From positions 182 to 64,181 of the forward strand of contig JAJDAE010000296.1 in assembly GCA_029262035.1 (NCBI GenBank): 64,000 nucleotides of DNA. Reading direction: 5' to 3'. Position 1 is the first letter of the stretch; every line of letters starts with the position of its first letter. The position numbers were made by a program, and so were the translations under genes. This document shows positions 60,364 to 64,000 of the stretch, piece by piece. The notes below the pieces were generated by a model. It made no database searches. It was not told where the DNA came from and saw only the letters and a list, made by a program, of their open reading frames with translations. The DNA comes from Candidatus Zhuqueibacterota bacterium (GTDB lineage Bacteria; Zhuqueibacterota; Zhuqueibacteria; Oceanimicrobiales; Oceanimicrobiaceae).

Positions 60364-60747
60364 ATGCAAAAAGTCTTGATTGTAGACAACAACACGCACG
60401 CAAAGAACGGTTTATCCGAAATATTAACCGACGAAGGATATCTAGTCGATGTGGCGCCAAATGCAACGGTGGCGCTTTCGTTAGACATTTCCAACTATAA
60501 TGTTCTCATTACTGACCAAAACCTAACAGATTTATCAGGTCTTGAATTAGCCAATAGAGTGAACGCAATAAATCCGAATATTGAAGTAGTAATTATTACA
60601 TCATTTCAAATTCAAGACTGGCAGAATAATCCAGATTATTTATGCCTTACTAAACCACTGGAAGTAGATTTTCTTTTGGATTCACTACAAGATAAACTGA
60701 CCCCAGCATTCGAGAATAGTATAGCGCAGGAGACGGACGGTAGATGA
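60364..60747 (+). CDS. Atypical single-domain receiver protein
   Basis: It has the receiver fold with a phospho-acceptor Asp (LITDQN), a Thr/Ser (ITS) and a Lys (TKP). The N-terminal acidic pair is DN (LIVDNN) instead of DD. Confidence 0.5.
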   Translation: MQKVLIVDNNTHAKNGLSEILTDEGYLVDVAPNATVALSLDISNYNVLITDQNLTDLSGLELANRVNAINPNIEVVIITSFQIQDWQNNPDYLCLTKPLEVDFLLDSLQDKLTPAFENSIAQETDGR

Positions 60748-61430
60748 TTTTATTTTGGACCAAAACTGCTAAGAAACTAGCTTTTATAATCGTGATGGCT
60801 CTAATGTTCATGTCCATGATCAATTTTACTTCTGACATAAAAAAAATGGAAGAAGATAAAGCAAACGTAGGCCATTTAGCAAAAAAGATTTCTGACATAC
60901 AGAGTTTTTTAAAAGAAGATTCTGTAAGAACTGCAGCTTTAGAAAAAATAGACTCGATAATGTCTAGGTATAATCGCAGGTTATCTCAACAGGAAAAATA
61001 CCTGATTGCTAATGAAATTTATAATATGAGTATTAAATACGAAAATCTGGACATCGATCTAATTTGTGCTACTATTACTCACGAGAGCGCGCGAACCTGG
61101 CGACCAACCATTGTTTCCCCGGCTGGGGCGTTGGGACTCATGCAAATTATGCCAAACACTGGTAATTTTCTCAGTAAACATGAGGGTATTAAATGGACAA
61201 AACCAAAAGAAGTTTTGTTCAACCCAATATATAATATTCGTATGGGGTGTCGTTATCTCTCTATGCTTGTTGAATTATACCATATTGATGGCGGCTTAGC
61301 TGCCTATAACGGAGGGGAGAGACGTGCTGCCAAATGGCTTGCAAACGGCAGAAACGATGATGTTTTGTTTGAAGAGACACGCGGCTATGTGCCCGCTGTA
61401 CTCAAACTATATGACACGTACAAAAACTAA
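60744..61430 (+). CDS. Membrane-anchored lytic transglycosylase (SLT domain)
   Basis: N-terminal transmembrane anchor. The SLT catalytic region is ITHESARTWRP ... GALGLMQIMPNTG ... AAYNGGERRAAKW. Its start overlaps the preceding stop (ATGA). Confidence 0.7.
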   Translation: MILFWTKTAKKLAFIIVMALMFMSMINFTSDIKKMEEDKANVGHLAKKISDIQSFLKEDSVRTAALEKIDSIMSRYNRRLSQQEKYLIANEIYNMSIKYENLDIDLICATITHESARTWRPTIVSPAGALGLMQIMPNTGNFLSKHEGIKWTKPKEVLFNPIYNIRMGCRYLSMLVELYHIDGGLAAYNGGERRAAKWLANGRNDDVLFEETRGYVPAVLKLYDTYKN

Positions 61431-61438
61431 GATTAATA

Positions 61439-63187
61439 ATGATGGGCGATGTAAAACAACAAGAAAAGGAATTCTATTGTGAGCTGGTAAATCGGTTTTT
61501 CAATGAAAACAGTTATTTCTTTCATTGTATTAATCATGAACTGGATGGCGTTTTAACCGAAACAAAAGATGTTGACAATGAAATTTACCTAATGCTTGGC
61601 AATTTTTTTGATAAACTTATTTCCAAAGAAGATGTGGCAGCGGAGTTGGAGAGCTTAAAGCAAGGTAATGAATTCTTCGAATTTGTCGATAAATTAGAGC
61701 AGAGTGTATCATTTCTCCATAATAACGAACTTGATACAGAACGGATGAAAATAGAAATCGAAGGACTCGCTCATTCAATGTTCAACAGCGCTCTTTTGGC
61801 ATTTCAAACACCGAGCACTACCACTCAATCTAAAAACTATTTGAACAACGATGAGGTTGGGTCAGAGAAAATTAAAGAAACTGGGATATCAGAGCTGTCT
61901 TCTACTGAACCTGTTAATGTGGAATCCGGGATTTTCTCGGATGAAACTGAAAGCTTAAAAGAAAGCCAGGGAAATGCAGATGAAAAGGATTTTCATCTGG
62001 AGGCTGAACTTGACAAGGATGTTAGGCTTACGGGTGGGCTGAATAACAGAAGAAGTATTGAAGACAGCTCTGATATTCCACTAAAAGACAAACATCTTAC
62101 GCCACAGCCAGCCAGCTTTCTTTCTGTGTTCATCATAGAAACCAAGCAAAAAATTGATTCCTTAAATAAAATAATTCAGAAAAAGAACATAACGAACAAA
62201 AGCTGGAAGGAATCTACGGATATTATTGATTCTATAATGATGTCTTCAGTAATTTATGGTTTTGAGGCATATGAGCAAATCGCAGTAAAATCCAAGAAAC
62301 AGCTCAAAAAATATATTTCATCCGCTCAGTTCAAGGAAGCTAGAGTCCTACTTGAAGGAACCATCGACAACCTAAATTCACTGGTTGAAAAAAATGATCC
62401 TGAAAACGTAAACCAAACGTTTATTAAAAATGCTACTGAGAAACTATTAACTTCTCAAAATAACCAATCTGAATCTTCAGTGGCGGCATTAACTGTAGAA
62501 AAAACAGCTCACCCAGAAAAAAAAAGACCAACTAAGCAAGCAATAGAAATTTCTGATGATATTGCTCCTCCACAGGATGTCATACAAATAAAAATCCCGG
62601 GGGAGGATGATGAGGAAATTCATAGCTTAATTGCAGAAATTTCCAAAGAGTCTGCATTAATCCAACCCGCTTGGAATTCAGAACAAACAGTAACCCCGGA
62701 GCCCCGGTTTGAAACCGAAGAAGCCATACGGGTTAACGCGCCAAAACCTGTTGAGGATAAAACTTTTTCTCTCTACAGACAACAGGCAGAACTCTACTTT
62801 AGCGTAATCGAAGAAGCACTAATTACACTTGAAAGGCAGCGACGTAATAAAACTGCACTTGAAGACTTGGAACTGGCCTCTAACGCACTATACGGACTTT
62901 CACTCAAATTAAACTTAGACCCAATCGGTAAATTTCCGGATCTCATTCTAACATTAATAAAAAATATTCTCGCAACCAACTATACAATAACCGAAAAAGA
63001 TCATGCCTTAATTAGCAAAGGATTTAGCTATTTCAAAAGCCTGGGAAATTTAGAAGAATTGGACGAAGGTAAATTTAATGAGATCATAAAAGCTATTATC
63101 TCATTTGATAAACAAGTGAAAAATCAAGCCTCCCACGATGCTGATTTCATGGCCTATCCTCCTTCAGGGCGAATAGGTTTTGCTTAA
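61439..63187 (+). CDS. Hypothetical acidic protein
   Basis: 582 aa, rich in Glu and Lys, with predicted helical and coiled-coil segments. Two segments are weakly Hpt-like but lack the conserved His. No confident homology. Confidence 0.45.
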   Translation: MMGDVKQQEKEFYCELVNRFFNENSYFFHCINHELDGVLTETKDVDNEIYLMLGNFFDKLISKEDVAAELESLKQGNEFFEFVDKLEQSVSFLHNNELDTERMKIEIEGLAHSMFNSALLAFQTPSTTTQSKNYLNNDEVGSEKIKETGISELSSTEPVNVESGIFSDETESLKESQGNADEKDFHLEAELDKDVRLTGGLNNRRSIEDSSDIPLKDKHLTPQPASFLSVFIIETKQKIDSLNKIIQKKNITNKSWKESTDIIDSIMMSSVIYGFEAYEQIAVKSKKQLKKYISSAQFKEARVLLEGTIDNLNSLVEKNDPENVNQTFIKNATEKLLTSQNNQSESSVAALTVEKTAHPEKKRPTKQAIEISDDIAPPQDVIQIKIPGEDDEEIHSLIAEISKESALIQPAWNSEQTVTPEPRFETEEAIRVNAPKPVEDKTFSLYRQQAELYFSVIEEALITLERQRRNKTALEDLELASNALYGLSLKLNLDPIGKFPDLILTLIKNILATNYTITEKDHALISKGFSYFKSLGNLEELDEGKFNEIIKAIISFDKQVKNQASHDADFMAYPPSGRIGFA

Positions 63188-63215
63188 GATCACAAACTAC
63201 CAAGGTTAAACAGCA

Positions 63216-64000
63216 ATGGCAAATAACTCAGATACAGACAAAGAACTCGAAGCAGTTTTAGGATCGCATAAAACATCAATTAAAATTGTAGGTGCCGGTG
63301 GCGCCGGTAATAACACGGTGACGCGCTTGCTTGAAGTCGGTGTTAAAGATGTCGATGTAATCGCAGTAAATACCGATGCCCAGGATTTACTTTTCGCTAA
63401 AGCTGATAGCAAGATTCTCATTGGCAAAACCATAACTAACGGGCTGGGCGCTGGTAGTGATCCATCAAAAGGCAATGAGTCAGCAAAGGAAAACATCGAA
63501 GAAATTGAAAACGAACTTCAGGGCAGCGACATGGTTTTTATCACCTGCGGACTCGGTGGTGGAACTGGTACGGGTTCAGCACCGGTAATTGCAGAAGTTG
63601 CAAAAAAGCTCGATGCTCTAACGATCGCTGTGGTTACCCTTCCCTTTAGCGATGAAGGCATTGTCCGGCTTGAAAATGCACGTAAAGGCCTGCAGCAATT
63701 GCAGAAAAATGTAGATACCGTAATAGTTGTCCAAAACGACAAACTGCTTGACCTTGTACCTGACATGCCGCTCAATCAGGCATTTAAAGTCGCAGATGAA
63801 ATCCTTGTCAACACGGTTAAAGGCATCACTGAACTCGTCACTGAAAAAGGTCTGGTAAACCTTGATTTTGCAGATGTTCGTACAATTATGCAGGATGGCG
63901 GCATAGCAATGATCGGCTTTGGCGAGAGTAAAGATATGGAAGCTGAAGAAGCTGCAGAACAAGCATTACAAAATCCCTTACTTGATGTAGAAGTAGATGG
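63216..64000 (+). CDS. ftsZ: Cell-division GTPase FtsZ; N-terminal roughly 260 aa, continuing past the window end
   Basis: My own translation gives MANNSD...[78 protein letters not shown] and [10 protein letters not shown]. These are the tubulin/FtsZ GTP-binding (GGGTGTG) and T7 motifs. It is absent from the ORF track because of truncation. Confidence 0.85.
   Translation, partial: MANNSDTDKELEAVLGSHKTSIKIVGAGGAGNNTVTRLLEVGVKDVDVIAVNTDAQDLLFAKADSKILIGKTITNGLGAGSDPSKGNESAKENIEEIENELQGSDMVFITCGLGGGTGTGSAPVIAEVAKKLDALTIAVVTLPFSDEGIVRLENARKGLQQLQKNVDTVIVVQNDKLLDLVPDMPLNQAFKVADEILVNTVKGITELVTEKGLVNLDFADVRTIMQDGGIAMIGFGESKDMEAEEAAEQALQNPLLDVEVD

Noticed and set aside
63206-63962. Three minus-strand ORFs opposite ftsZ
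   Set aside because: The plus-strand frame encodes an unmistakable FtsZ GTPase domain. The antisense ORFs are artefacts.
1-64000. Search for CRISPR repeats, transposases, integrases, phage genes, tRNA and rRNA
   Set aside because: I saw no regular repeat-spacer arrays, no transposase or integrase-like ORFs, and no tRNA-like cloverleaf candidates in the intergenic gaps. The window appears to be non-mobile chromosome.

Overview
This 64 kb window looks like a chromosomal segment from a bacterium of the FCB superphylum. The assignment rests on several secreted proteins that carry type IX secretion (T9SS) C-terminal sorting domains, heavy use of sigma54/NtrC-type regulation, and about 42% GC. I found no rRNA, tRNA, CRISPR array, transposase or integrase.

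Layout:
- 1-20 kb is a long minus-strand housekeeping block. It holds an FG-GAP protein, a porin, a CoA-transferase, alanine dehydrogenase, a 2-oxoacid:ferredoxin oxidoreductase (delta, alpha and a beta-gamma fusion), ybaN, gatB, gatA, tatA, a tatB-like gene, purQ, purS, pssA, psd, purC, purB, htrA, tal, truA and ecfT.
- 20.4-35.3 kb is an accessory island of T9SS cargo and outer-membrane proteins. It holds a 713-aa CTD protein, a lamin-tail-domain CTD protein, a lipoprotein, a TonB-dependent receptor translationally coupled to a PorV/PorQ-like barrel, an NHL-repeat lipoprotein, and two tandem endonuclease/exonuclease/phosphatase CTD proteins. I read this island as an extracellular nucleic-acid degradation and uptake locus.
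- 35.5-40.1 kb is a peptide-uptake module: an OPT transporter, a PqqD-like RRE protein, an M20 peptidase and an M29-like aminopeptidase.
- 40-52 kb holds cdsA, pyrD, pyrK, a TPR lipoprotein, an unusual PorV-like barrel fused to TPR repeats, a membrane adenylate cyclase, mazG and a standalone EF-G2-type paralog.
- 52.8-58.6 kb is a two-component cluster (REC-GGDEF, histidine kinase, hybrid REC-PAS-HK) ending in a sigma54 activator.
- 58.8-64.0 kb is the most interesting part. A good sigma54 promoter precedes a REC-DUF4388 regulator, an orphan ParA/Soj-like ATPase, an atypical receiver, an SLT lytic transglycosylase and a 582-aa acidic protein. These sit directly upstream of an ftsZ gene that lies outside any dcw cluster and carries archaeal-type motifs. 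I propose this as a candidate, previously undescribed FtsZ-positioning and regulation module.
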